A stretch of 62,986 bases of DNA, counting the filler, from Octopus bimaculoides (Eukaryota), in NCBI RefSeq assembly GCF_001194135.2. It is 4 parts of 4 records of this genome, joined end to end, with 100 filler letters (N's around TTAATTAATTAA, not from the genome) between each part and the next. Parts side by side here need not be neighbours in the genome. Positions count along the whole stretch, not along the records: positions 19,120 to 25,807 come from NC_069008.1; positions 25,908 to 55,587 come from NC_068984.1; 2 more parts are not named here. The stretch is one strand, 5' to 3'. Shown here in pieces: positions 23,740 to 36,269 of this stretch. The stretch's first letter is position 1; every line of letters begins with the position of its first letter. The position numbers and the translations under genes were made by a program. The notes beneath the pieces are model-generated. The model was given only the letters and a program-made list of their open reading frames with translations. It was not told the origin of the DNA and ran no database searches.

Positions 23740-24762
23740 TCATGTATTCTTCTCTGTATGAATGTGTTTGTGTTTAGTTAAGGAACTTCCATCAGAAAAT
23801 GATTTATCACAAATATCACACTGATATGGTTTATCTCCCGTATGAGTGTGTCTGTGTATAGTTAAACTACTTCTCTGAGAGAATGATTTACCACAGATAT
23901 CACAGTGGTAAGGTTTCTCTCCTGTATGAATGTATTTGTGTTTAGTTATGGAACTTCCATCAGAAAACGATTTACCACAAATATCACACTGATATGGTTT
24001 CTCCCCTGTATGAGTGTGTCTGTGTATAGTTAAGCTAATTTTCTGAGAAAATGATTTACCACAGATATCACACTGGAATGGTTTCTCTCCTGTATGAATA
24101 TGTTTGTGCTTAATTAAGGTACTTCCATCAGAGAATGATTTACCACAGGTGTCACAGTGATGTGGTTTCTCTCCTGTATGAATATGTTTGTGTGTAGATA
24201 GGCCAATTTTCTGAGAAAATGACTTACCACAGATATCACAGTGATATGGTTTCTCTCCTGTATGAATGTGCTTGTGTTTAGTTAAGCTGTCATTTCGAGA
24301 GAAAGATTTATCACAGATATCACAGTGATATGGCTTCTCTCCTGTGTGAACACGTTTGTGTTTAGTTAAGAGTTCGTTTTGAGAAAATGATTTACCACAG
24401 ATGTCACACTGAAATGGCTTCTCTCCTGTATGAATACGTTTGTGTGTAGTTAAGTTACTACTCACAGAGAATGATTTACCACAGATATCACAGTGATATG
24501 GTTTCTCTCCTGTATGAATACGTTTGTGTTTAGTTAAATGATCATTTAGAGAGAATGATTTACCACAGATATCACAGTGATATGGTTTCTCTCTTGTATG
24601 AATACGTCTGTGAGTAGTTAAATTACTTTTTTGAGTGAATGACTTCTTACAGATATCACAGTGGTATGATGTTTTCTCCAAATTAGTTATCTCACCAGTA
24701 AACTCAATCATTTTTGACCGTGTTTTACATTTAATATTGCCAATCCACAATTCATCATCCAT
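23740..24762 (-). CDS. C2H2 zinc-finger protein with 11 tandem fingers, no KRAB-like N-terminus
   Basis: 340-aa ORF with eleven CxxC-x12-HxxxH units joined by TGEKP-type linkers after a short acidic leader. Confidence 0.92.
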   Translation of the reverse strand: MDDELWIGNIKCKTRSKMIEFTGEITNLEKTSYHCDICKKSFTQKSNLTTHRRIHTREKPYHCDICGKSFSLNDHLTKHKRIHTGEKPYHCDICGKSFSVSSNLTTHKRIHTGEKPFQCDICGKSFSQNELLTKHKRVHTGEKPYHCDICDKSFSRNDSLTKHKHIHTGEKPYHCDICGKSFSQKIGLSTHKHIHTGEKPHHCDTCGKSFSDGSTLIKHKHIHTGEKPFQCDICGKSFSQKISLTIHRHTHTGEKPYQCDICGKSFSDGSSITKHKYIHTGEKPYHCDICGKSFSQRSSLTIHRHTHTGDKPYQCDICDKSFSDGSSLTKHKHIHTEKNT

Positions 24763-25388
24763 TATTTTTCTTCTTTCGCCGCAGATACTTTTTTCCCTTT
24801 TGTTTTAAATTTTTATTGCTAACAAGTATTTATTCTGTCATATTTAATCTTTTAGCAATTGGATCACTCCATCAAACATAATGCTTATTTATTCAAATTG
24901 GTTGAAATTAATCATACATTATCTCATAGCTTTGAGATTTCAATGTGATTGCTTAGTTTCAGAATGACATAGTAGGGTAGGAGTAAGATGCAAGATTTGG
25001 CTGGTTTGAACATAAAACAAAATATATGGGGCGGATATAGGTGGTTTAAATGCTAAAGTGTCAGAAGCTTCAGACTTTTTTTGTAATTTAAGCTTAATTA
25101 GGATGTGAAACTCTCTTGATAGTATTCCAGACAGTGAAGCAGAAAAATTTTGCTAGCTGTCTCACTCTGAGGAAATATTTAGCAGTAATTGTAACACAAA
25201 TTTATAGAAATAGGATATCACTTCAGTATAATATCTTCCATTAGTTTTGATAAATGATGATAAAACTGGTTATCTGGTATTTCTGAAATAAACAAGAAAT
25301 AGTGTAAACGACAGAAGATACTGGAAAAACAATTGACTTTCAATAATAGAAATTTTACAATATCTTAATGATGCAATATAGAATTAAA

Positions 25389-25605
25389 GGCGGTGAGCTG
25401 GTAGAAACGTTAACACGCGGGGCGAAATGCTTAGCGGTATTTCGTTTGTCTTTAAGTTCTGAGTTCAAGTTCTGCCGAGGTCGACTTTGCCTTTCATCTT
25501 TTGGGGGTCGATAAATTAAGTACCAGTTGTGTACTGAGGTCGATCTAATCGACTGGTCCCCCTTCCCCAAAATTTCGGGCCTTGTGCCTAGAGTAGAAAA
25601 GAATA
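25389..25605 (+). mobile_element. SINE family A, full-length copy
   Basis: Head with A/B-box-like motifs and family body as at 8673. Confidence 0.85.
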
Positions 25606-25807
25606 TAGAACAATTAAATTTTACTCATTTAAATTACACCGTACAACTTGATGTGAGGTCTACATAGTTACAGGCTATAGCTAGAAAAGAAAAGAAAGGA
25701 CCCCCTTCGGTCATGAGTGACCACAGGCTTACATCCAGAAAGTTCCCCTCCGGGGCACAAGTCCGGGGAAAGTTGTTTATGGATGACCAACAGTCACCCA
25801 TGCATAC

Positions 25808-25907
25808 NNNNNNNNNNNNNNNNNNNNNNNNNNNNNNNNNNNNNNNNNNNNTTAATTAATTAANNNNNNNNNNNNNNNNNNNNNNNNNNNNNNNNNNNNN
25901 NNNNNNN
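25808..25907. other. Artificial join spacer (44N-TTAATTAATTAA-44N)
   Basis: Identical to the spacer at 19020. Confidence 0.9.
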
Positions 25908-26704
25908 ATATATATATATATATATATATATACGTGAGCAAGCACACACGCACATATATACATATATATGAATGTGCGTGTGTGTGTTTGCATGTATACA
26001 TATGCATATATATATATAAGTATGCATGTATATATCCATTATATGCAACAGAAGGCATATCAGATTAAAATAATAGTTTGTTTATCATAATTAATACATC
26101 ATGAAAAGGCATATTAACTGTGGCATTCATCTAGAGATAATATCTCTGCTGAAAGGCACAAATATATTGTTAGTAGCAGACAAAAATCTTTCCACCGCAC
26201 CTGGCAAGAATGCTTCATGCACACTTCTGCTTCAGTTGGTTTTGTCAGTCGCATAGCCTTACTGCCAGTCACATGCTAAGACAAACTCTGTTACAACTGA
26301 TATAGGAAAACAATGATTCAAAAATCACTAGCATTACAGTTTGCTGCCAAACTGAATAAAAATCCATTATATGCAACTGAAACAATAATAGTTTAAAATA
26401 GCCATCCATGTATCGTACTTAATGCGTATACTTCATAGAAAGGTAAATTAATAACAGTATTTATCTAGAGATAAGATCTCTTGTGAATGTACTATGTTTA
26501 AAAATACAGACAAAACAGTAGCAGATAAAGATTGTCCAGTAGTGGTGGTGAGAATAATAGATGCACATTTCTGTAGTGAATGCTACTGACAAAGTCCAAT
26601 GAGGCAGGAGTGCACATCTAGCATTCTCATCACTGCTGTTGAATAATTTTATTTGTTACTAATATATTCATGTTTTTGAGTATGGCACATCCATATGCAA
26701 TATT

Positions 26705-27165
26705 ATCTCTTTCCTTCATTGGACACTAAACTCCGCTTGCGAAGACTTTGAGGCAAGTGAAATTGAAATCGAACTAAATTCGATGACTGGAACCCATGCC
26801 AACGTCGTCTCCTTCATTGGACATGAAACTCAGCTTGCGAAGACTTATTGGGGTAAGCAAAAGCGAAATCGGGATGGCACCTGTGCCCAGCGTCGCCTTT
26901 CTGGCACTTGTGCCCGTGACATGTGTAAGGATTTTCGAGCGAGATCGTTGCCTGTGCCCCTGGACTGGCCTTCGTGTCGGTGGCACGTAAAAGCACCCAC
27001 TACACTCTTGGAGTGGTTGGCGTTAGGAAGGGCATCCAGCTGTAGAAACTCTGCCAAATCAGATTGGAGCCTGGTGTAGACATCTGGTTTCACCAGTCCT
27101 CAGTCAAATCGTCCAACCCATGCTAGCATGGAAAGTGGACGTTAAACGATGATGAGGATGAAGAT
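26705..27165 (+). mobile_element. RTE 3' UTR with GAT tail
   Basis: Ends ccatgctagcatggaaagtggacgttaaacgatgatgag. Confidence 0.8.
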
Positions 27166-27319
27166 CACAGTTAATTTACCTTTTTGTGACATATTTCTGT
27201 ACTTGCAAAAAGTATGATACACAGACGTTATAGATAGCTATCTGTGGGGGGAGGGTACACACAAACACACACACACATACAAATACACAAATGTGTGTAT
27301 ATGTATATAGATGTATCAT

Positions 27320-27506
27320 CATCACCATCATCACCATCATCTGTTTTCCATGCTGGCGTGTATTGGATGGTTAGACCAGAACTGGCAAGCTGGAGAGCTA
27401 CACCAGATTCCAGTCTGATTTGTCTTGGTTTGTACAGCTGGCAGCCCTTCCTAATGCTGACCACTTAACAGAGTGTGATGGCTACTTTTTATGTGTCACC
27501 CACATG
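27320..27506 (-). mobile_element. RTE 3' terminal piece (left inversion breakpoint)
   Basis: (CAT)n tail plus ttccatgctggc...cccttcctaatgctgacc; stops abruptly at ATG 27504-27506. Confidence 0.75.
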
Positions 27507-27752
27507 TCTTCAAAATCATTTGGACAGAAAAATCTGAATTTTGTAGATAAGATCAGAACAGTACTGGAGGAGTATTTTTCATCATGGACAAGTGGATTTT
27601 AGAGGTGGGGCCTTGCACGCCTACCAGATAGATGGAAGAGCAACGTAGAAAATGAAGAAGAGTATGATTTAGATTAAAAAAGAACTTTGTTTATCTTAAT
27701 TTTAAAAAATAAAAGTATTTAAAAAAAACGCATTATTTATAGGATGACCCAA
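27504..27752 (+). mobile_element. Mariner-like element, 3' part (LQNHLD to 3' TIR)
   Basis: Similar to 22958-23198; TIR followed by TA at 27753-27754. Confidence 0.88.
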
Positions 27753-27813
27753 TATATATATATATATTTATATCAACATATTCATATATATACTTAAAAA
27801 CACAAACACACAC

Positions 27814-27860
<47 letters not shown>

Positions 27861-28279
27861 ACTGTATCACAGTATCAATCAGACCATAGATGCTGTTGTG
27901 CACTGCTGGTTACTATGTGCTTCCGATTCTGTCTTGATTGTACTGATCCAAATTGTTTAATTAGAGATTATCTTTTCTATCATGGTGGAGGCCTTCTAAA
28001 TAGCCGTTTCTAATCTCTTGGATACCATTCGTCAACTGTCAGGTGCACCTGTTGTCTTTGAATCTTGCAACATGTCTCGACCCAGCAGAACTTGTTTTTA
28101 GTATTCTGCAATTACATCGTTTACTCTGCTATATACTCTAATTATGTCATTTCAGATATGCTCCTATAATGATATTCTTTACATCAATCTTTCCCTAGTC
28201 CTTTGCCTTGTTGCCAATTGATGTTCTATCCTCTTTATAATATGAAGACTAATATATATATATATATATATATATATAC

Positions 28280-28633
28280 ATGAGGAATTAGATTTAGATG
28301 CAGTGTGCAAGAGAGAAGACTACGCTGATTTGGTCATGTGATATGGATGGATGTTGACAGCTCCATAATGAAGTGCTAGTCATTCAAAGTGGATGAAACT
28401 TGTAGAAGTGGGAGACCCAGGAAGATCTAGGATGAAGTACTGATGGATGACCTCAGGACACTGAACCTATTGGAGGAGATGATAAAGGACTGAGATATCT
28501 GCTGCCTTGTTATACTCAAGAATACCTGTTCTCCACAGCAGAAGTCCCCTTGATGAAGAGGATTGGCCTGCAAGATCCCTGTGTTGGTGCCGCATAAAAA
28601 GCACTTATACTAATGCCATGTAGAAGCGCTCAT
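28280..28633 (+). mobile_element. RTE ORF C-terminus + first part of 3' UTR (inside the inversion)
   Basis: RCSVQERRLR*FGHV...GRPRKI*DEVLMDDLRTL, then the gtgccgcataaaaagcac UTR motif. Confidence 0.75.
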
Positions 28634-29645
28634 ATAAATAAATGATAATCAGATGGGGCAATGTCTAGTGAATATGGTGGTTGGGGTATCATTTCCTATT
28701 CAGACTGCTCCAGCCATTGGAATGTCATCCTCACTGTATGTGGCTGCACATTATCCTGATGGAAGAATACCTTTCATCTTGAAACCAAAGATGGTCATTT
28801 TTCTTTTAGCCCTGACTCATGCTGCTCACAATAGAACTCCTTTGTTATAACTTGGTTTGGTTATAAAATTTCAAAGTGAACTAAACCTTTCATATCCCAC
28901 CAAACAGATAACAACACCTTACATGAGTGAAGACCTTTTTTAGCCTGGGGTACCAGCGTTTCTCTTTTCCCTACCCACTGTCTTTGGCACTTGACAGTTT
29001 AATAGAGAACCTATTTCTCATCACTAGTCACTATTCGGTCCAAAAAGGTTCATTCGTGAGATGTGACAGCAAAAAGGAGCACACATTCACTCTCTGCACG
29101 CAATTAGACCTGATAAGTTTGAGAGGAACCCATTGACCCAATTTGCTGACTTTTCTGATGGCATGCAGGTGTCAATGAATGGTTGAATGACCAAATCCAA
29201 GCTTTCCTGCTAGTTCCTCAACAGTTACAATGGGATTTTGTTCCACCAGGGTCTGCAGGATGTCCTCGCCAAGCTCTACAGATCTTCCAGGATGAGGCTC
29301 ATCTTCTAGGCTGTAGTTTCTGGCAAAGAATTTCTGAAACCACTGTTGACACTGGCTTACACTTATTGTCCGAACCCCATATACTGCGTTAATATGCCTC
29401 ATACTTTCCATATTGTTGTTGCCTTTATTGAACTCATAGAGCAAAATGTTGTGAATATACTCCTTTGTCACTTTGAAAAACTAATTGTTAAAATCGAACT
29501 GCACTCTTCAAAAGTTGCACTAAGAATAAGTACAAGGTAAAATTACTACCTACTTTTACAGCAAGTTGATGCAGGTAGTTTATCCCCCAACCCCAGCTTT
29601 TATTTCATGCAATTGAGAAACCTACATCATTTATGGATGACCCAA
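28631..29645 (-). mobile_element. Mariner-like element, 5' part (TIR, HTH, catalytic core up to APSDYHLF)
   Basis: Same family as 22325-23198; 5' TIR ends at 29645 followed by TA; VWWDMK core region retained. Confidence 0.88.
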
Positions 29646-29871
29646 TATATATGTGCACACACACATGCATGCACAAACACCAGTGTTGAATGGTGGCAGC
29701 TGATGAAGGAAATGTTCTCTATGTGGCCTGTGTTTTTCGGCACTTGTTTATCATTTTGTCTACGTTTTTTTTTTTGCAATGTCCTGTACCCAGATATGCA
29801 TCTATATATACAGGTAGATGTAAGTATGTACATACATGTATGTATATATGCATATATTCATTTATTATTTG

Positions 29872-29928
<57 letters not shown>

Positions 29929-30118
29929 GATATACATGCATAAATATATGGATGTATATGTATATATGTATGTATGTTTATATACATATATATGCACAAG
30001 TATATACGTTTTTGTGTGCATATGTGTTCCCAAATGCATTATAACTATAATAGTTATATACATTGTTTCATGTGCATTATTGCTGCCCTCTACAACACCG
30101 CATTACATAAACACATGT

Positions 30119-30153
<35 letters not shown>

Positions 30154-31251
30154 TACATAGACAAACATGCATACATATGCAATCCAACATGGCTAAATGC
30201 ACAGATTTTTACCCCAAATCTGTCCTAAATTAACAAACCTTTTATCAATGTCTTTCCAACCATGACCATCACATCTTATTCTTGATCACAGTTTACCTAT
30301 AACCACATTAGTCAATGTGTCTTTCTTTTACAAGTAGTGTGTGATTGGTGTGAATCTGGCTACCATTTCTATGAGGTCATCCAAGCATATTGAAGCTTTC
30401 TTGATGTATATGTCATATGCACTAGTTGCATATGCAGGCAACTACTTTATCTACTGCAACGTGCACACACACACACACATATACATGCACAATTTCACTA
30501 TATTAGATATATATATACTAGTTGTATGAGCAGGTAACTGCTGCACCATCTACACTGTGCACTCACTCATATGCACAAATGCACATGCTTTTGCACACAC
30601 TCACACTTATACATATAGTCATGCATACCCAGCCAGATAAGCATAAATTCACTGTGCTTGTTTGTACATAGACTATTTAAATGTAAAGCTAATAACCAAA
30701 ACATAAACTACAGTATATCATACACACATGTTACTACATGCACACACACACACACAATCATACAACCACTCAGCTATACAGACCACAGTAACACGTGTAC
30801 AAGCACACATCCACAAATATAATTTTACTAGCTGCATGTACACATAACATACTAACTGTATTGCACTATACTGTATACACACATAAACCTGTACACACAC
30901 ACACACACGTGCACACACTGAACCATGCATGTACACAGCTTCTGTCTGTCTTTTATCTGTTCACCTTGATTTATATTACTTTTAGTATGGCCACCACCGC
31001 TGCCACCACTACCTCAGCAGGACGGTGTTGTGAAGGTGGCGTTGGTGTCGTAGGTGAAGTGTGAAGAAGAGAAAGAAAGAGGAGGGAGGTTAATTCAGCA
31101 GGTGTTTTCTGAATGAAATGCAAAAGTGTGTTCTCTGATGATTAAAGAGCAACGTACTTTAAACATACACACAAACATGCTTTCTCTCTTCTTCTCCTGT
31201 CTCTCTCCTCCTCACTGCTTTTCTCTTTCTATTACTCTCTTGTCTTCTCTT

Positions 31252-31296
<45 letters not shown>

Positions 31297-31459
31297 ATAT
31301 ATGTATATATATTTCTGGTTGACAGAGAGAGAGAGAAAAAGAGAATGAAAGAGAGAGCTAGAGAGTATAAAAAAAGGTTGGAAGTGAGTTGATTTGATCT
31401 CAGCATTATAAAAGGAGAGAAGATCTACTGACGTATGTTTCTATATTTTGAAACATAGT

Positions 31460-31800
31460 TATGAGTGGAATCAAGGAAGGATTCTATCTATGGTGGTGTT
31501 TGTTTTGAGTGGAATCAGTGGAAGAAGAGTTGCTAGTGATGGTGTTTTACTTGAGTGAAGTTGTGGAGGAACTTCTGTTTGTGGCACTGTTTGACTTGAG
31601 TGAATTCAGTTGAGGAATACCTATCTAGTAGTGGTGTTTGATTTGAGTGGAGTTAGTGAAGTAATGTTTGTCAGTGGAGGCACTGGAGTAGAATCTGTGG
31701 AGGTTTTCTTTAACTTGAGTGGAGTAACTGGAGAAACATCTGTTTCAGGAACTGTTTGACTTGACTGGAGTTTGTGGAGTAAGGCAGTGTTTGACATGAA
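31460..31800. repeat. Degenerate minisatellite, period about 45-50 bp
   Basis: Recurrent ttgagtg(g/a)a motif near 31460, 31505, 31551, 31597, 31643, 31715 and 31760. Confidence 0.6.
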
Positions 31801-33056
31801 GATCATATCATATGAGCAATGCAATGTTGTATATTAACCTTTGAAATTTTGAGTAATGTATTGCTGTAATGTGCAGTGAGTATTGCTTTGCATATTAAGA
31901 AGTGCAGTGAATATTGCTTTGCATATTAAGAAATGCAGTGTTGCACTACAGTGTCATACTATGTTAAGCCATAGTGAGCTGTGCAGTACTTTAAACTCCT
32001 GTTACGCTGTTTGTAGTGTATTACTGTTTTGTTTATGTGGTTATACATTAATGTTATGTAGTGTAATATAACACTGTAAAATGTAGCATGATATAACATA
32101 GTGTAACCCAGTCTGATATTAGTTTCAGATTTTGACACAAGGCTAGCAATTCTGGGGGAGGGGTAAGTCAATTAGATCAAGCCCAATGTTCAACTAGTAC
32201 TTATTTTATCAACCCCAAAAGATGAAAGGCAAAGTTGACTTCAGTGAAATTTGAAATCAGAACATACAGACATATGAAATGCCACTAAGCATTTCATCCG
32301 GTGTGCTTGCCGCTTTTTGCCAGTCTCATATTGTATAGTAAACATAATACAGAAAGTCTGTTGTTTATTAGCTCAGATTAATTGTGATCAAGTAGCCCCT
32401 CATGAAAACCATGCCTTTTAGTGATGTACATCCTAATGTTTTTTTTGTCTTGAGATATATCAAGAACTACATTATTGAAGGAGTCTGTTATCTTTGAAAA
32501 CAGTAGGATATGATTTTAGGGAAATTTGGCAGCTATTTCTAACATGCTGAATGATTAATTCAATTAACTGAGTCAAAAGAATGTGAAGTGATAAGCGTTA
32601 CATCAAAAGAATAATCTGAATGCTAAAGGGTTAAAGTAGATTTAGTGTTGGGATCAGGAAATTTGGGAAATATAGAGCTTCTCCTATTATGTGTCAAACA
32701 GCAAAAGAAGCCCTTGTGTCTAAAATATTCAGGACTTGAAGAAGGACTAACTCTTAGACATTAGTCACACAGTCTCAATATGACTTGATGTTATATGAAC
32801 CAGTTCTGCAGCATAGGGGTTAAATAAGCTCTGTATTTCAAGAGGAGGCCTATGAGAGTAGGGGACTGGCAGAGTAAACTGTGAATAAACTCAGAGAAGA
32901 TAATGGGGAACCACTGTTGTATTTCCACGCACCCACAACCAAAAAAAAAAAAAAGAAAAGAAAAACAATCGTGTACCTTGAGACTTAGATACAGAGATTC
33001 AAGATTGCTGATGCTTATAAAACAGAAAACAAGGCAATATCAAGTAGAGTAGTTAA

Positions 33057-33490
33057 GGCAGTGAGCTGGCAGAATCGTTAGCATGCCAGGCAAAATACTT
33101 AGTGACATTTTGTTCATCTTTATATTCTGAGTTCAAATTCTACTGAGCTCAACTTCCATCTTTTTCAGTCGATAAAATAAGTGTCAGGGGGCTACTGGGG
33201 GTCAATGTAATTACCTTCCCCCAAATTGCTGGCCTTGTGCTAAATTTGAAACCAATATACTCTACAATACTAAGGTGGTGAGCTGGTATGATTGTTAGCA
33301 TGCTAGGCAAAATGCTTAGTGGTATTTCATCCGTCTTTATGTTCTGAGTTCAAATTCCACCAAGGTCAGTAAAATAAGTACCAGTTTCAGGGTTGATAAA
33401 ACAAGTACCAGTTGAGTACTGGTACTGGGTTGATGTAATTGACTTACCCACTCCCTCAAAATTGCTGGCCTTGTGCCAAAATTAGAAACC
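33057..33490 (+). mobile_element. Two tandem SINE family A copies
   Basis: Heads at about 33057 and 33281, each ending gctggccttgtgc...tagaaacca. Confidence 0.8.
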
Positions 33491-34183
33491 ACTGTCAAGT
33501 TGAGTAGTATGGCATGAAGTAGTGCAGTGTAATGTAGTGTAGGGTAGAGTTGTATAGTGTAATGTCATATAGAGCAGTGCAGTGTGTTGCTAAGCACTAC
33601 TACACTGTAAATATCAATCCAGCAAAGAAGCTTGCAGGTGGCCCACAAACTATGCTAAAAACAGCAGCCAATTCCCTCTCATATTTCATACACTCTATTG
33701 TGTTTTGAAAGGAGCTTCTAGATAGTAATGAGAGAGACAGGGACAGAGAGAGATAGAGACAGAGAGAGAAACAGATAGACAGAAAGAAGATAGATAAACA
33801 GACAGAGTGAGGTGGGAGGAGTAAAGGAAAAAGGTGGAAGCTAAGCTAGTTGGTCATGTCTGTAATATTTTTGATCATAAGTTGAGAGGATTGAGGCTGA
33901 CCCCGAGATAAACAACAACAACGACAATATTCAGTGTAATACTGCAGTGCTGTACCATGTGGTGCCATAATTATGCACTGTTGTTGTGCAGTGACTGTGC
34001 TGTGCATTGGTTGTGCAGCTGTTTATTGATATACCAGCTGTGTGCTGCTGATTCAGTTAACTAACAATCGACCAATCAAATTCAAGCACAGCAGACTGTT
34101 TGGAAAACACCACGAAAATTAGGGTGGTGATGTGGGTTCAATTCTCAGCTGAATCACTTCACTTTATATATATATATACATAC

Positions 34184-34240
<57 letters not shown>

Positions 34241-35592
34241 NNNNNNNNNNNNNNNNNNNNNNNNNNNNNNNNNNNNNNNNNNNNNNNNNNNNNNNNNNNN
34301 NNNNNNNNNNNNNNNNNNNNNNNNNNNNNNNNNNNNNNNNNNNNNNNNNNNNNNNNNNNNNNNNNNNNNNNNNNNNNNNNNNNNNNNNNNNNNNNNNNNN
34401 NNNNNNNNNNNNNNNNNNNNNNNNNNNNNNNNNNNNNNNNNNNNNNNNNNNNNNNNNNNNNNNNNNNNNCAGAGACAGACACACACACACACATGCAGAT
34501 AGACAAAATACAGACAGATCGAAAGGCCGACAGAGAGAGAGAGAGAGTGAGGGAGAGAGAAACAGAGAAACAGAGACAGACACACACACACACATGCAGA
34601 TAGACAAAATACAGACAGATCGAAAGGCCGACAGAGAGAGAGAGAGGAGGGAGTAAAAGAGAAATGTGGAGAGGAAGAGAAGAACAGAGGGAGATGGAGA
34701 AAGAGAAAATAAAAGAGAGTGACAGAGTGAAGGAAAAACATAGGAGTAGGGAGGGAGGAAAGGGTGTGAGAAGTATTGAGAATGTGTGGGGAGGAAAAGA
34801 GTAGGAGAGAGAGAGAGAGAGATACAGTTGGAGTTAGATAGAGAAAGGATAACAAGAGTGGGGAACCGAGACAGAGAGAGACTGACAGACAAATAGACAG
34901 ACAGACAGACATATATAGCTAGATAGATAGATAGATAGCGAGAGATGTAAGTAGTGAAATTGGTAGATTAAAAGCAAAGGAAAAGGGAGATATTTAAAGG
35001 AGAGAGAAGGGGAAAAGAGGAGAGAAAGGAGGAGAGAGAAACAGCAGGAGTGAAAGAGAACACTATAGAGAGAGAAAGGCGAAAAAATGGTGAGATAATG
35101 AGGGGATCAAAGAAGCAAAAACCAAGCTCGTTACAGAAAGAATGGAATACGTCAAAGGGAAAGCGAAACATAGCATAAGAGGGAGAAAGAGAGAGAGAGA
35201 GAGAAATAAAAAGGAAAACAGAAAGAGAGTGAAAGAGATAAAGAAAGCGAGGGTGTAGCTGTATGCAAGTTTAATGTGTGCTTGTGTGCGCAGTGAAGAA
35301 TGTTATGATGTGAAAGTCAATCAGAAGCTGTGGTAACAAAGCGTGTCACAAGAACAGTGTTGAGTAGTGAGGTAGGAAGTAGAACGACTCTTGTTTCCAA
35401 ATGGACTTAAGGGTGAAACCTACATGCACATGCACACATACACACATATACACACACAAACAGATTCACACATATACACACTCACACACTGCAGTGCAAG
35501 TACCATAGAGATTACATTAAATAACAGCCTTTATATCTACAGCAAGGAAAACTTCACTAGGAAGTGGACTTGGGATAAATGAATTGGATGAT

Positions 35593-35689
<97 letters not shown>

Positions 35690-36269
35690 GAGAGAAAGAG
35701 AGAGATAATGATTGTGGAATGTAAAATAAAAAGTGAGGTAAACCAGATAGACTGCACATACTGAAGATATTGGACTGTATTTATACATATCTACTGGGTG
35801 TATGGAAACCTCATTTACATACATAGATACACACACACACACACATATATATATGAGTGCGTGTGCATGTGTGTGTGTGTGTGCTTTTTCTTTGAGTTTT
35901 ATTTCAGTTCTTGAGAGTTTTCAAGCCAGTTACTAACAAGGCAATGAAGACTTTTTTAAGTTAAGAGAGTTTCTGGTGTTTGTAAATATGTAGTTGATTT
36001 GGTGTGCAGGTTCAACTGTCGATGCATACATCCAAGCATGTGCATCTATTCACATAAGAATCTCAGATGGAGACTTTGTGGAATGTTTGACAAATCTTCA
36101 CTGTGCCACTAATAGATATATGTATGTACATGTATGTATGTATGTATGTACATGTATGTATGTATGTATGTTCTCTTCTGCTTTTAATTATTTAAATTCT
36201 TCATGAGGGGATACAAAGCTTCATTACTAGAATGTAGATAACAAAAGCGATGTTCTGTTCTAAACGTGA

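Noticed and set aside
29695-29745. CTGATGAAGG motif
   Set aside because: No downstream GAAA and no closing stems.
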